64,000 bases of DNA from positions 1,054,001-1,118,000 of the forward strand of contig OZ193910.1 in NCBI GenBank assembly GCA_964276515.1. The letters are read 5' to 3'. Under the pieces are notes generated by a model. That model saw only the letters and a program-made list of their open reading frames with translations, was not told the DNA's origin and ran no database searches. This document shows, piece by piece, positions 12,701 to 24,374 of this stretch. Each line of letters opens with the position of its first letter. Position 1 is the stretch's first letter. A program made the position numbers and the translations under genes. The stretch is from Gordius albopunctatus. Taxonomy: Eukaryota.

Positions 12701-15700
12701 AAACCTTTGGTCTGTTTGTGATTAGTCGACTAACGTTGGCCAACAAATCCCAGCCGTTTCTACAATATTGAACAATAATTCAACAAAGGGAAGAATGGCT
12801 TTCCAAAAAGGGAAGCATTTTTATGTGACTTTCCTGCTTTATGCCTTTTATAAATCAAGAATCTTTGTCGTCTTTAGTTTATAATTAAATAGTATTAGAT
12901 ACCGAAAGGATCTTACCCAAGTTTGAGATTTAATACTCATATGGTTTCACAACATCAGCCAAGTCACTTCAAACAGTAAACTAAAGCAATTAACAGGTTT
13001 TTAGAGGTTTGTATAAGCTTCAAAAATCATATCATAAGATAGGATTGTAATAATTATAATTTAAGAATATTTTAAGCGAGGACACCAAGTGTTTGATTGA
13101 TATCAAGGCAATATCAAACTGAAGAAGCTTAAATTAAATCATTAGTTAAATTCATGGAGATTATAATGACACTAGGATTCTTATAGAACACTCTATTTTA
13201 TCATAACATATAATAGCATTTAATTAAGACACACACCACTTTGAAATATACTTTATTTTTGAAACCAACTTTAGATCATTTTCCTGGAGCACAAGCGTAG
13301 CATGAACGTCAACATTTTGTTAAAACAGTTTAAAATGCCATTGGAACATGTCCTGGCTATGATAAAAGAGGTCAAAGGCAAGACCATAGGTTCGGATAGA
13401 CTCAGAGGACTACTCAACGTTTTGCCCGACAAAAACGAAGTTTGTTTTTAAAGCTTTATTAACATCGCATTCTGTCTTCTTCTTTTTTTCATAGGTATCT
13501 CTCCTTAAAAACTTTGACGGAGATGTGACAAAGTTGGGAATGGCTGAACAATTTTACTATCACCTCATTCACATACCAAATTACGCCGTTCTTATAAAAG
13601 GTATATCGAATAAAAAAATTCTCTTGTAGAATATCAACTAAATCTCTATTTGTCCTTTTTTTTGTAAAATCTTCATTGTCCATAATATTTCGCTTTTGTG
13701 TTTGTATGACATTTAGCTATGCTTTTGAAAGAAGAATTTTTCGACAATGCCGAAATTCTCGAAAAACAAATTTGTATGGTCATAAAAACTTGCGAGGAAC
13801 TTATGACAAATAAAAACCTCGAGAAATTTCTGCTGCTCGTCCTAAAAATAGGAAATTTCTTCAATGCTGTAAGCTTGGAGTAACATTTAACATACTTTTT
13901 GTTTATTTATAAATCTACATAGCTATTATAGACTTAGGTCTTATTAAAATATATATAAATCTCCGAGTACTTTAATATTTTTAAGCTGATAAATCTTATT
14001 TCCAAATCATTTAATATAATACATGAGATACCCTTGAATTGTAAAAAACAACTTTAGGTTATTTAATAATTTAGTTATTAATTTCGCCTCTGTTCAAAAA
14101 GACAATCTTCCATAATGCTAATGCTTTAGAACGCCAATGACTAAGCCAATCAAAAGTTACCAATGCAAAATTAATTTAAAACATAGTCCTTATTCTACTG
14201 TTATTAAATAATATTATAAGTACACATAGATATAAGATAATCATTATAATAAAATTAACTACTTAAAAACAATAGAGTCATTGGCGTTGTGGATGATTGA
14301 CATTATGAATGGGATTCATTAATTTTCTTAATTATACATGTCTTAGAATAATTATGCGGGGAACGCGTTAGGTTTTAAAGTCAGCTTTTTGTGTAAGCTT
14401 ATGGACACACGTTCGAAAACACCGAGAGTCACCTTGTTACATTATCTCTTAGAAGTAGCGCAAGGTGTAGATCCTAATATCGTGGAGTTCCCTAACGAAT
14501 TATCCACCCTGAGATCGGTGCAAAAGTATAAAAACAAACTGTGAAATAATATGTATGGGAAGTATAAAATTTATGATTAGCCAATAACCATAGACTAGAT
14601 AGACTGCTCATGCTATATGTTCCATATGCTAAATTGTGTGTCAAATTTTCATCCATTCCAAAGACGACAATTGATGTATTTCAACCATGTCATTTTGCGC
14701 TATAACAGTCAATTTACAGTTTATAAATTTGAGCGAACGTCAATAAATTAAAATTAAACAATTTATAGATGGCGCTTTATTATTAGTTTTTACGTTTTTA
14801 ATTTTTATGTATTGTGTAAATGATATTTATTTTAGAATGCTGTTTTTGATATCTACATAATTCAATTTTTTTAATTTACCTTTTTATGATTATTTAATTT
14901 ACAAAAATTACCAATATCTCCTCTATATAATCACTACTACTATACTATGTTATCCTCACAATGGTGGAAAAAGGGGAGACATTTTGTGCGTTGATGAGCA
15001 GTCTATTTAGTCTACGACATAGCTGAATACTTTCGGAATTTTAATTCTTGTTATTTCAAAGTATTGATTAATATGGATTATCTTGTAAAATTTAAATAAA
15101 AATATCGAAACATTTTTATATTTATGACAGGTTATCTATCGAAAGTCTGTATTTGGAAATAAATGAAATGACTAAGAGCGTCCAAAAGCTCGTCTTAGAG
15201 ATAGAATACTCTAATAAAGACATCAAAAACAACTTTAATAATTTTGTAGAGGTAACCAATTGATTACTTTCCATGTTTAAGCAGCAATTGTATTCATAAC
15301 GATAAAATTTGAAACAGAGTATAAGTTGACATAAAGCATTTATAATATGATGCAAACTATTCTTAATTATTATTAGTGCTGTAAATGAACGCGTTCAACG
15401 TTCTTTTATTTTTTGGTGGACTTTGAACGTGAATGCGTTCCTTTTTTCGATGAACGCGTTCGAATTTAACGTTCGTTCAATTTTAAAAGCCTTTTTTATT
15501 TTTATTTGAAAATTAATGTTAATCCGAATTTTTACCAAAAAAGTCCTATATTTTTTAATAAGCTGTTTTTCTTGTTTCCTATTACCAATTCCGAAATACT
15601 TTTAACATACCATAACGTGCAAAAGAGGATAAGATTAAAGTTAATTAATTTGATATTATTAATTATAGTTTGATTTATAGGTTAATATGGACAACCATAT

Positions 15701-17949
15701 TATTATATCGTCGTCATCTTCAGATTCTGAATATTCAAAATCAGCAGATGAATTGACATTGCCATGGCCAAAATATGAAAAATATTTTCCACTCGTTTCA
15801 TATAAAGGATCGAATTCAATAATTACCAAATGTAAAATGTGTCCAAAAAGTATTATCTCTGTATCAAGGAGCTCAAGCTCTTTCAGCCATTATACATCCA
15901 ATGTTCAAGCTTCAACTGCCTTGGATTAAAATTCGAAAAAATCAACCTTTAAAGAATAAACTTTTAGTGTTATTGAAAAAAGTGATTGAAACCCCTAGGA
16001 TTGATAATGAAAGAACTGTCAATTCCAAGATATCATTTTTTGACGATGAAGTAGAGGGCGGATTAGAGGATGATATCTTGTCGCAATTTTTTGAAGCCAG
16101 GGACAAAACATTAAAAGTTTTTAATAAATTCCTCTTTTAAAAAATTTGTTTATTAAGTATAATACTTCAATCCCCTCATCTGCCCACGTGGAGTGGGTTT
16201 TTAGTATAGCTAATGCTGTATTAACTGCCAAGCGTTCCTGCTTATCAGACGAGAGTTTTGAAAAACAATTATTATTAAAAATCAATAAGAAAATAGATTA
16301 TATTGATTTATAATTATATTGTCGAAATAAAACTATTATTTTTTTATCATGGCTATTTATTATATTAAAAAATATAAGACATTTATTTATATTAAATTAA
16401 ATTTTAAAAAAATTTATCATAAAATTTTGAACGAACGTGAACGCGCTCCTTTTTTTTAAACGAACGTGAACTTGAACGCCTTCGATTTTTTACCAATGTT
16501 TACAGCACTAATTATTATTGATAATCATATATTTTTATTAAAACGTGCGAGATTGTAGTTTTACTGTTGTTTTAAACATAATATACTCTATCAATCATCC
16601 CACCCTAAAAGATTGCCTCTATGTTTTACATATGGCTTGTATTTCATGTAAATATTTAAATTTAGATTATGTTTTGAGTCAAAAGTTTTTTGTTTAGTTA
16701 GCTTTAAAGAAATCGGCTGAACTTAAGGATGAGATAGACACCGTCCCTGAGTACATTAAGAAGCTGGCTGAAAGATATTGCGAAGATGAAACTAAATTCA
16801 ATCTTCAGGAATTTTTCATAATGTTCACAAACTTTTGCGAAAAAGTTGAACAAGCCCGTAAAGTAACTACTAAAAAATGTCGTATTTAATCATTTTTAAA
16901 AGTTTTGCGACAGCAAGGCTCCTGATAGTTCATACATAGCCCTCTCATTATTATTTGGCTAAAACTGGACCTAAACTTTTCTCATGATAGTTTAATGTCC
17001 TCTGCCCTATACTAGCTCATTCATAGCATAAAACGTTTATAGTCTATTTATTTTAATAGAGGTGTACCATCTTGTCAAATAGAATTAATAAGACAGAACT
17101 GCTTAAATATGAAAAATAAGTGAATCAAAGATTTTCATTAAGACTAGGTACCTGCAAACCCACTCTTATAAGCTATGCTGTGTGAGCATTTGAACCGCTC
17201 TAAGTTAAGGCAAATAATGTTATGTGTTTAGTTTATGAAAGCTAAATTTTATTGAAAACATATTTGAGTTTATGCGACTAAGTGTTTAAAGGTTTGATGT
17301 GTGTTATCTTTGATTACACGAAATTGTGAGCTATGTCATCTGAAAATAAATCTCTTTACAAATTAAATTTTTCATTTAACATGTTCTATTACATTACTTT
17401 AATAAGCATTTAAATTACAGGAGAACATCCAACGCAAAATCATGAAAGAAAACGAAGCCAAACGCAAGGCACGTCAAAATGTGACGATTAGTCGAAGCTC
17501 CAAGACTTGTAAAAATCGATTTTTATAAACTGAACTGTTTCCAAATTCAATCATTTTAGCGCTTTTTAACAATATCATTTATAATCAATAATATCGAGTC
17601 CTTTAAATTAATGTTACTCTTTGAATAATAATTGTATTGTATTATAGAGAAAATATTTAATAGATTATGCTATCACTCATAGAAAGATGGTAGTGGTTAT
17701 ATTTTCATATACAGCATCAATTTTATTTGCTAAATGGACACTTTACTCATGTATGGTTAATTTTTGATGACAGCCCTTGATGAGCCCGAGAGTGAAAATA
17801 TGGTAGAAAAATTATTAGCGGAAATAAAGCGAGGCGACTTTAAGTTACAAAAAAGATCGAGCAATTGTTCAAAAAACTCCTTAAACGGGACAGAATATTC
17901 TGATCTATCTCATCATCTGATAATTCAGCAAAGGGACGTTTCTGGGTAA
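6752..17949 (+). CDS. INF2: Inverted formin-2-like formin (DID/GBD-FH3, short FH1, FH2, C-terminal WH2/DAD), 16 coding exons, ~1157 aa
   Basis: Manual GT-AG, phase-consistent splicing: 6752-7316, 7434-7549, 7704-7869, 8312-8475, 8582-8658, 9195-9583, 11121-11822, 11889-12031, 13275-13439, 13495-13600, 13717-13868, 14347-14525, 15131-15251, 16698-16862, 17421-17508, 17774-17949 (3474 nt, no internal stop). DID motifs ELLTALCLFNEQGH and RNKMRNELIG; polyproline PIPIPPPLPRPP and CPPPLPLPP; FH2 motifs MKTLNWTKLP, KRSMNVNILLKQF, LKIGNFFNA, GNALGFKVSFLCKLMDTRS, TLLHYL, YCED; WH2/DAD-like VEKLLAEIKRGDFKLQK. The symbol rests on recalled similarity to INF2; orthology was not computed. Confidence 0.9.
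8998..9123. mobile_element. hAT-type MITE (same family) in formin intron 5
   Basis: AGCCAGCATTGGAATTAGAGGGGGG...GGCTAAGCCCATG; left end eroded. Confidence 0.6.
9627..10323. mobile_element. Non-autonomous DNA transposon with long (~140 bp) imperfect TIRs, probably Tc1/mariner-type, in intron 6
   Basis: CAGGGTTTTTCTTTACTTTTGCACTTCTT... pairs with ...GAAGAAGTGCAAAATTAAAGAAAACCCCTG; TA on the right flank, AA on the left. Confidence 0.7.
10402..11060. mobile_element. hAT MITE in intron 6
   Basis: TIR TAGAGATGCACCGATACC / GGTATCGGTGCATCTCTA; subterminal CCGATAC repeats; 8-bp TSD CTTATTTC/CTTATTCC. Confidence 0.85.
12247..12770. mobile_element. Degenerate hAT-like MITE in intron 8
   Basis: Imperfect TIR TGATGTTGTAAAAACGGCTGGG / CCCAGCCGTTTCTACAATATTG; subterminal GTCGAC repeats; TSD not evident. 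Confidence 0.6.
14589..15016. mobile_element. MITE with CATAGACTAGATAGACTGCTCAT termini in intron 12 (superfamily uncertain)
   Basis: Left CATAGACTAGATAGACTGCTCAT vs right ATGAGCAGTCTATTTAGTCTACG. Confidence 0.65.
15374..16510 (+). mobile_element. Internally deleted hAT transposon (BED-finger start fused to hATC dimerisation end) in intron 13
   Basis: TIR TAGTGCTGTAAA / TTTACAGCACTA; perfect 8-bp TSD ATTATTAT; subterminal GAACG repeats; KCKMC motif; frameshifted hATC region. Confidence 0.9.
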
Positions 17950-18175
17950 TTGGAAACCACGTTGATGGAGAGCAGCTGTTAATTCCTATGTTATATAGGA
18001 CCAGATCATAGTTTAGAATTTGTTTTATAAAGTCGCGGTTTTATAAAATATGTACATTTGTTAAACTACATATGTCACCTATCATTTGTTGTGTATTGTT
18101 GCGTATAAGTGTATTATCGTTTATTGTTAAAATGCACTTATCATCAAAAATTTATTACAAAATCTGATCAAACCC

Positions 18176-18181
18176 AATAAA
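18176..18181 (+). promoter_or_regulatory. Candidate polyadenylation signal of the formin gene
   Basis: AATAAA ~230 nt after the TAA stop at 17949, followed by TG/T-rich sequence. Confidence 0.45.
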
Positions 18182-18572
18182 ATGTGTTCTTTAGTTGATT
18201 ATTTAATTTATGTATTATACCGCAAATCAACCTCCGCGGCAAATTAATGTCATTTTAACTTATTAAGAAGTCATTTGACCCTTTGTCTGCCAAAAACTTT
18301 GTTTATTTATGGTAAAGAATATGTAAACTGCTTTTGGTGCTATCTTCTATAAGCTAGTCTTAACGCTCCTAGTAATTCATTAATATCGAAAGTGATGATT
18401 AACTATAGCTAAACGAACAATTCATGGTTTAATAATACGACAACATCAATGTTTTGAAACTTATACAATATTATATTCATTTCATCTTTCATATATTTAA
18501 AAATGCCAATATGATTTTAATAAATTGATGAAACAGTAGAGTTTAATGTTTACATGATCAATATGGTCTATT

Positions 18573-18718
18573 CATGGGCGTAGCCAGGGGGTGGCTGCCC
18601 CCTCTAAATCCAAAGATTTATTAAAAATCGAAATAAAACTAGAAGTTCAAAAGAATTATCATTTTGCTCCTCCCCAAATCATTTGCCCCCTCTAAATCCA
18701 ATCCTGGCCACGCCCATG
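18573..18718. mobile_element. hAT-type MITE
   Basis: TIR CATGGGCGTAGCCAGG / CCTGGCCACGCCCATG. Confidence 0.75.
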
Positions 18719-18735
18719 GCTCTCTAATTTTTTTT

Positions 18736-21700
18736 CTATAGCTGTTTGTCACATTTAGTAGTGAGCTCCTTCAAGTAGGTTCTCCATGTATTCCTGCACT
18801 TACTCCAGCTTCGCTTTAGCTCGTACCTTCTCAAGTCCATATCAATTTTATGCTTCCATGTCAGTTTAGGCCTCCCTCTCTTTCGCTTACCTTCGACTTG
18901 CACTTTCTTGATACGATTTGCGAAGTGACTTTCCTCCCGTCTCTCCAAATGGCCATACCATCTCAATCTTCTTACCACCAACTTTCTCTGAATCGGAACT
19001 ACATTTGGTTTATCCCTTATGTCTTGATTCCTTATATGGTCCTTTTCGCTTATTCCCAAAATCCATCTCAACATTCGCATCTCCATTGTAGCCAAGCTTT
19101 GCTCCTCTTTTGCCTTAATTGCCCAGGTTTCCGCTCCATACAATACCATGGGTACAATAACGGTGTTATATAACCGTCCTTTCAATTTGAGTGGTATGTG
19201 CTTGTCACATAGGACACCACTCAATTCACTGAATTTTAGCCAGCCTGCGTTTATTCTTGCCTTAATTTCGTTTTCCACACATCCATCACATTGTACCCTA
19301 GAACCAAGATATTTGAATTCTTTCCTGCTGCTTAAACACCAGTCAGTGATTTGCAAGTGTGTTTCTTTGTAATCATTCCCCGACTCCAAGCATACATATT
19401 CCGTTTTATCTCGGTTGACTCTAAGGCCTTTGCTTTCAATTCGTTCCATCCACACTTTTACCTGCTCTGCTAATTCCACGTTTGAGCCTGCGCACAGGAC
19501 GATATCATCCGCAAAGAGCATTGTCCAAGTTGATTCGCGAATTCAGGTTCTTCGTTATCGAATCCATTATTGTTATGAAGAGCAATGGACTTAGGGCCGA
19601 TCCTTTATACACACCGACATTTAGACTGAATCCCTTTGATGTACCACTGGATGTCCGTACTTTGGTTTTTGCGTTTCTATACACATCCTTTATTAACATT
19701 ATATAAGCGTCGGGTACTCCATTGGAACTCAAGCTATCCCATATCAACTGCCTTGGCACTTTATCGAAAGCTTTCTCAAGATCGATGAAACACATATGAA
19801 GATCCTTTTGTTTTTCCTTATATACTTCCATAAGTCTCCTAAGACCATGTATTGCATCTGAAGTCGACTTTCCAGGCATGAACCCCCCAAATTGTCGTTC
19901 ATCTATTGATATTATTTTTCGGAGTCTAGCTTCTATAACCTTTTCCCACACCTTCATTACGTGACTCGTTAACTTTATCCCTCGATAGTTGTTGCATTCT
20001 TGTACATCTCCCTTCATTTTATAGATAGGTATAACATAGCTTTCCCTCCACTCATCCGGCATCATACCACTTGCAAGTATTTTGTTAAACAGCTTTGCAA
20101 GTAGAAGTACACCTAAGGGTCCTAGCATTTTGAAAGCTTCCATAGGTATATTATCAGGTCCCACCGCTCTACCCATGGTCATCTTTTTAAGCACCTGGTC
20201 AACCTCTTCTTCTGTCACTTCTAACCCTGGGTCATATTCATAGTTCTTGCTTTCGCAGTGGTCCGAAAACCCATTTTCTTTGTTCAATAATTCTTTATAA
20301 TATTCTTCCCAATTATCTATGGTCTTGTAGGGGTTTTGACCTACTTTGTTCTAACTAAAGGAACTTTATTAATATAAAACCAAAAGATACAATATAATGT
20401 GATTCGATCGCTACGCATTAGTTTATATAACATATTATCGAAGTTAATATACATAACTCGTAAGGTAGTTGGGGGCTATTCAAATTATAATCATTATGAA
20501 TAAAATAAGGAGGAGTATGAATAGTGTATTCATCGAGTAAGAAGGAAAGTGAACAACGTGATATCTAAATTATAAAGGTACCACTATTCTAATTAGGTAG
20601 TACCATAATCTCATGGTTGAGAGTTAGAGTTATGCCATCTTTGCTCTTTATGTTTTTCACATTTACCACATCCTTTGAGTTCTTTGCCCTGGTCTTTGCG
20701 ATTTTGTAGATAATTCTTTACCCTTCCGTTTTGCCTCATTTTTAGCTTTCACATATGGCAATCGTGTCATAATTTGTAAAGCTTTCTTTTCAATTTGATC
20801 AAGCGTTGCACGTCTTCGTTCCACCACCATGTCTCCTTATCTTTTTGTATATCTGGTTTACCTTCTCCAAGAACACACCTCGCTACTGATCGTACCTAGC
20901 TATGTTATTTCACATATCGTTAGCATTCTGCTGATCATCTATTTGCAGCCGTTAAACTATTTGATCATTGTAAATATCTTTCAATTTCGGTAGCCGGAAC
21001 CATTTAATTTTCCCATTTAATCTCTTCGGCTTTTGTGTTTTCGCCTTGGAGATGGTAATAGTCTATCACAACAAGTCTATGCTGGGCTGCAATAGCCTCA
21101 CCTGGTATCACCTTACAATCTCGTACATTCTTTAATTCCTTTCTTAATATTAGGAGGAAGTCAATCTGCGAAGATCGATTTCCACTTTTGTACGTTATTA
21201 GGTGATTTACATTCTTTTTGAAGAAGGTATTTGTGATGGCCAAATCAAATGCAACGGCTATTTTCAATATTTTGTCGCCTTCATCGTTTCTCACTCCGTA
21301 GCCATTTCCACCATGGTACCGTTCGAACCCTTCTCTTGTTTTGCCTACGTGACCATTCATATCTTCTCCAATTATAACTATCTCGGCTCTGGGTATCATT
21401 CGCAGCATTTTGTCTAATTCTTCCCGAAATTCCTCCTTTTCTTCATCTGTGCATCCTGTTTGCGGAGCATATCCGGAAACTACATTAATCATTTGACCTT
21501 CTATGCATAGTTTCAGCATCATGAATCGCCAAATTTTTCTTTGTACCTCAATGACTTTGCAGATGTGAGGCTAGTATGATTGCCACGCCACTTTTATTTG
21601 TTTCAAGGCCATTGAAGTAAAGTTTATAGCCTTCACCTATCATCCTTGCTTTTGCGCCTTTCCATCTTGTTTCCTGTATACATGCTATATCGACCCGTCG

Positions 21701-21970
21701 CTTGCTGAGGGTATCAGCAACTTCTCGGCATTTGGCAGTCATTGTTCCAACATTTAGCGAGCCCACTCTCAATCTCGTCCTTAGCAAACTAGTTTCTTTA
21801 ACTACATCCGTTTGCGGAAGATGTAGTGACCCTCTTTGATTTTTCACATGATACGGGCGCCTACTATGCGCGTCGTTTACGGAAGACGCTCTAGCGCTTT
21901 CATTACTTTTATTATTACGAACTTTCATAGCACTTAGATCAGGGGTGACGCTCTGCTATCCAGGTTCCAA
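18736..21970 (-). mobile_element. RTE-clade LINE (AP endonuclease + reverse transcriptase), near full length, frameshifted
   Basis: ORFs 21548-21928 (GSLNVGTM, CIQETRW), 21004-21522 (YAPQ, DMNGHVG, SQIDF, QHRLV), 19505-20287 (NYRGIKL, GFMPGKST, FIDLEKAFD) and 18736-19521 (LFADD, FKYLGS, RLRWYGH, RGRP) are pieces of one broken ORF. Confidence 0.93.
20326..20607 (-). mobile_element. Solo LTR (probably Gypsy-like) inserted in the RTE ORF
   Basis: 282-bp insert that interrupts ...NHE|TIDNWEEYY. Minus-strand ends T(A)TGGTAC...CCCCTACA, AATAAA near its 3' end, 4-bp TSD GTCT/ATCT. Confidence 0.65.
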
Positions 21971-21984
21971 ATAATTATGTATGT

Positions 21985-23890
21985 TATATGGCTGGCATCA
22001 AGCCATGGATTGGGATTGTATTAGATTTCACAATTTCCACGGTGATTTTCTGCTTGATCTAGAAAAATTCTATGGGATCGTGTCTGATGGCGGTTATAAA
22101 TTGAGCTGTTTGTTTGAGGAATTGGCTGCCCTCGGGACCTAAATTACCGAGGGTCGTGGCTACTACTGCTATAAAAATAATATTGCTGAGGTATTTGTAT
22201 TTTTTCACTTTCTTTCTCTCAGTAGAAGAGATGAGGTCGGAAGAGGCGTTAGATTTGTCAAATATATCCCCTGTAGTGAAGTCCCAGCAGGCGTTTAGGC
22301 CACGAGCCCACGGGATGATTATTACACCGTCGGGTCTTTTACCGTCAATGGAGCTTAGGCCAGTGGGTTCCATTGAGTTGGGAAAGCCGGCTTTCTTTAA
22401 AAATTATCCGAGTATTTTATTTATTGTGGCATGACTAGGATGCCGCCCCTTGCTGTATTGGCAGTGTAGAGGATGAGGGCCTTTTGCTAGAACGGGTTGG
22501 CGACAGAGGTCGGAGTTGAATGGGGACACAATGTCGCAGCCGAGGCGTAGGCCTAGAGCTATTTGAAGTTCCTCGCCCGACAAGTGTAACCCTAGGCTTT
22601 GGCTTGGTTCAAGCCATTGAAGTGGAGATTTCCCAAAGATAGGTTGTTCGAAGTGAGGTAAGCTACGGAACGTGCTATCAGTGGTAAATCCCATTCCTTT
22701 TGGGTAGTGTTGTAAATGAACGGCTTTTTTTGGTGAACTTTGAACGTGAACGCTTTCCTTTTTTTGATGAACGCGTTCGAATTTAATGTTCGTTCAATTT
22801 TAAAAACCCCTTTTTATTTTTATTTATTTGAAAATTAATGTTAATCCGAATTTTTAACAAAAAAGTCTTATATTTTTTTATCATCTGTTTTTCTGCTTCC
22901 TATTACCAATTCCGAAATACTTTAAACATACCATAACGTGCAAAAGAAGATAAGATTAAAGTTAATTAGTTTGATATTATTAATTATAGTTTAATTTATA
23001 GGTTAATATGGACAATCATAATATTATATCGTCGTCATCTTCAGATTCTGAATATTCAAAATCAGAAGATGAATTGTCATTGCCATGGCCAAAATATGAA
23101 AAATATTTTTCACTCGTTTTATATAAAGGATCGAATTCAATAATTAAAATGAACGTATAAAGAATAAACTTTTAGTGTTATTGAAAAAAGGGATTGAAAC
23201 CCCTAGAATTGATAATGAAAGAGCTGTCAATTCCGAGATATCATTTTTTGGCGAGGAAGTAGAGGGCGCATTGGAGGATGATATCTTGTCGCAATTTTTT
23301 GAAGCGAGGGACAAAACATTAAATGTTTTTAACAAATTTCCTCCTTTAAAAAATTTGTTTATTAAGTATAATACTCCGATCCTCTCATCTGAACCTGTGG
23401 AGCGAGTTTTTAGTATAGCTAATTCTGTATTAACTGCCAAGCGTTCCTGCTTATCAGGCGACAATTTTGAAAAGCAATTATTATTAAAAATCAATAAGAA
23501 ATTTTTTTTATAAATAAATAATCTTTATATTTGCTCTATTAGATTATATTGATTTATAATTATATTGTCGAAATAAAACTTTTATTTTTTATCATGGCTA
23601 TTTATTTTATTAAAAAATATAAGAAATTTATGTATATTAAATTAAATTTTAAAAAAATTTATCATAAAATTTTTAACGAACGTGAACGCGTGCGTTCGAT
23701 TTTTTTAAAATGTTTACAGCACTACTTTTGAGTGGTTCGAGTTGGGTGAGTTGCGGAATCAAGTTTGAGGTAATCCCATGTCAGAAGGCCATTGTCGAGG
23801 TGCGGGTCTTGTGTGTGAGTAATTTGTTTGACTAACTCATCCGTCGATAAACGGGATGAGATGAAACCTGCGAGTGAAAGTAAATGGGGG
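21985..23890 (-). mobile_element. CRE-like non-LTR retrotransposon, 3' portion (C-terminal zinc knuckle + RLE endonuclease), split by a hAT insertion
   Basis: Peptides LLSLAGFISS, TTQK|EWDLPL (rejoined across the hAT TSD), IALGLRLG, HPLHC..GRHPSHATIN, DGKRPDG..PW..G..WDFT, ERKKVKKY, IKQKITVEIVKSN. Confidence 0.75.
22705..23724 (+). mobile_element. Internally deleted hAT (same family as 15374-16510)
   Basis: TIR TAGTGTTGTAAA / TTTACAGCACTA; TSD CTTTTGGG/CTTTTGAG; hATC peptide YNTPILSSEPVERVFS. Duplicated at 47382-48401. Confidence 0.9.
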
Positions 23891-24374
23891 GGGTTTGATT
23901 GTTTTTAGTGTTTCGATCTCGTTCTCGGTCCTGAAAGCAAAATTTCGTCTCGTCTCAAGTGCGATCATGAGAATCTCGTCTCAGCCTAAAAAATCTCCCG
24001 TGTCGACTTTAAAAAAATATTATGCTGAATATAAATATTTTTTGATGTTATAAAATTATTAAATAAGTGATAAACTATTTATTTTAAGTGCAATATGAAA
24101 ATAAGACTATAAATAAGGCTAAAGTATAGAATATAATTTTTTTTTAGTTTTTGCGAACTATAACATCTATATCAACTTTACTGTCTCAAATATTAATACA
24201 CAAAGTTTACCTATATTTATTTGACTTGGCTATAATTAAGGCTAATTGGGACACTCTTTTAACACCGGGTATAGCCTAAAGCTTATAGTAAAAACCCTTT
24301 CAAAGTAAACGTTTTAGTCCATTCATATTATTACCATCATCAATTATAGCCCATATAGCCGCCACAAACGAGTG

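Noticed and set aside
12940..13140. Additional hammerhead-like words (CTGATG..GAAAC on the minus strand; CTGAAGA)
   Set aside because: No stem II or properly spaced core.
14766..14776. TAGATGGCGCT motif (also inverted near 26574) resembling a CTCF-type site
   Set aside because: Short motif inside or near repeat-derived DNA, with no independent support.
13489..15355. Minus-strand ORFs 13489-13683, 13673-13864 and 15122-15355
   Set aside because: Antisense shadows of formin exons.
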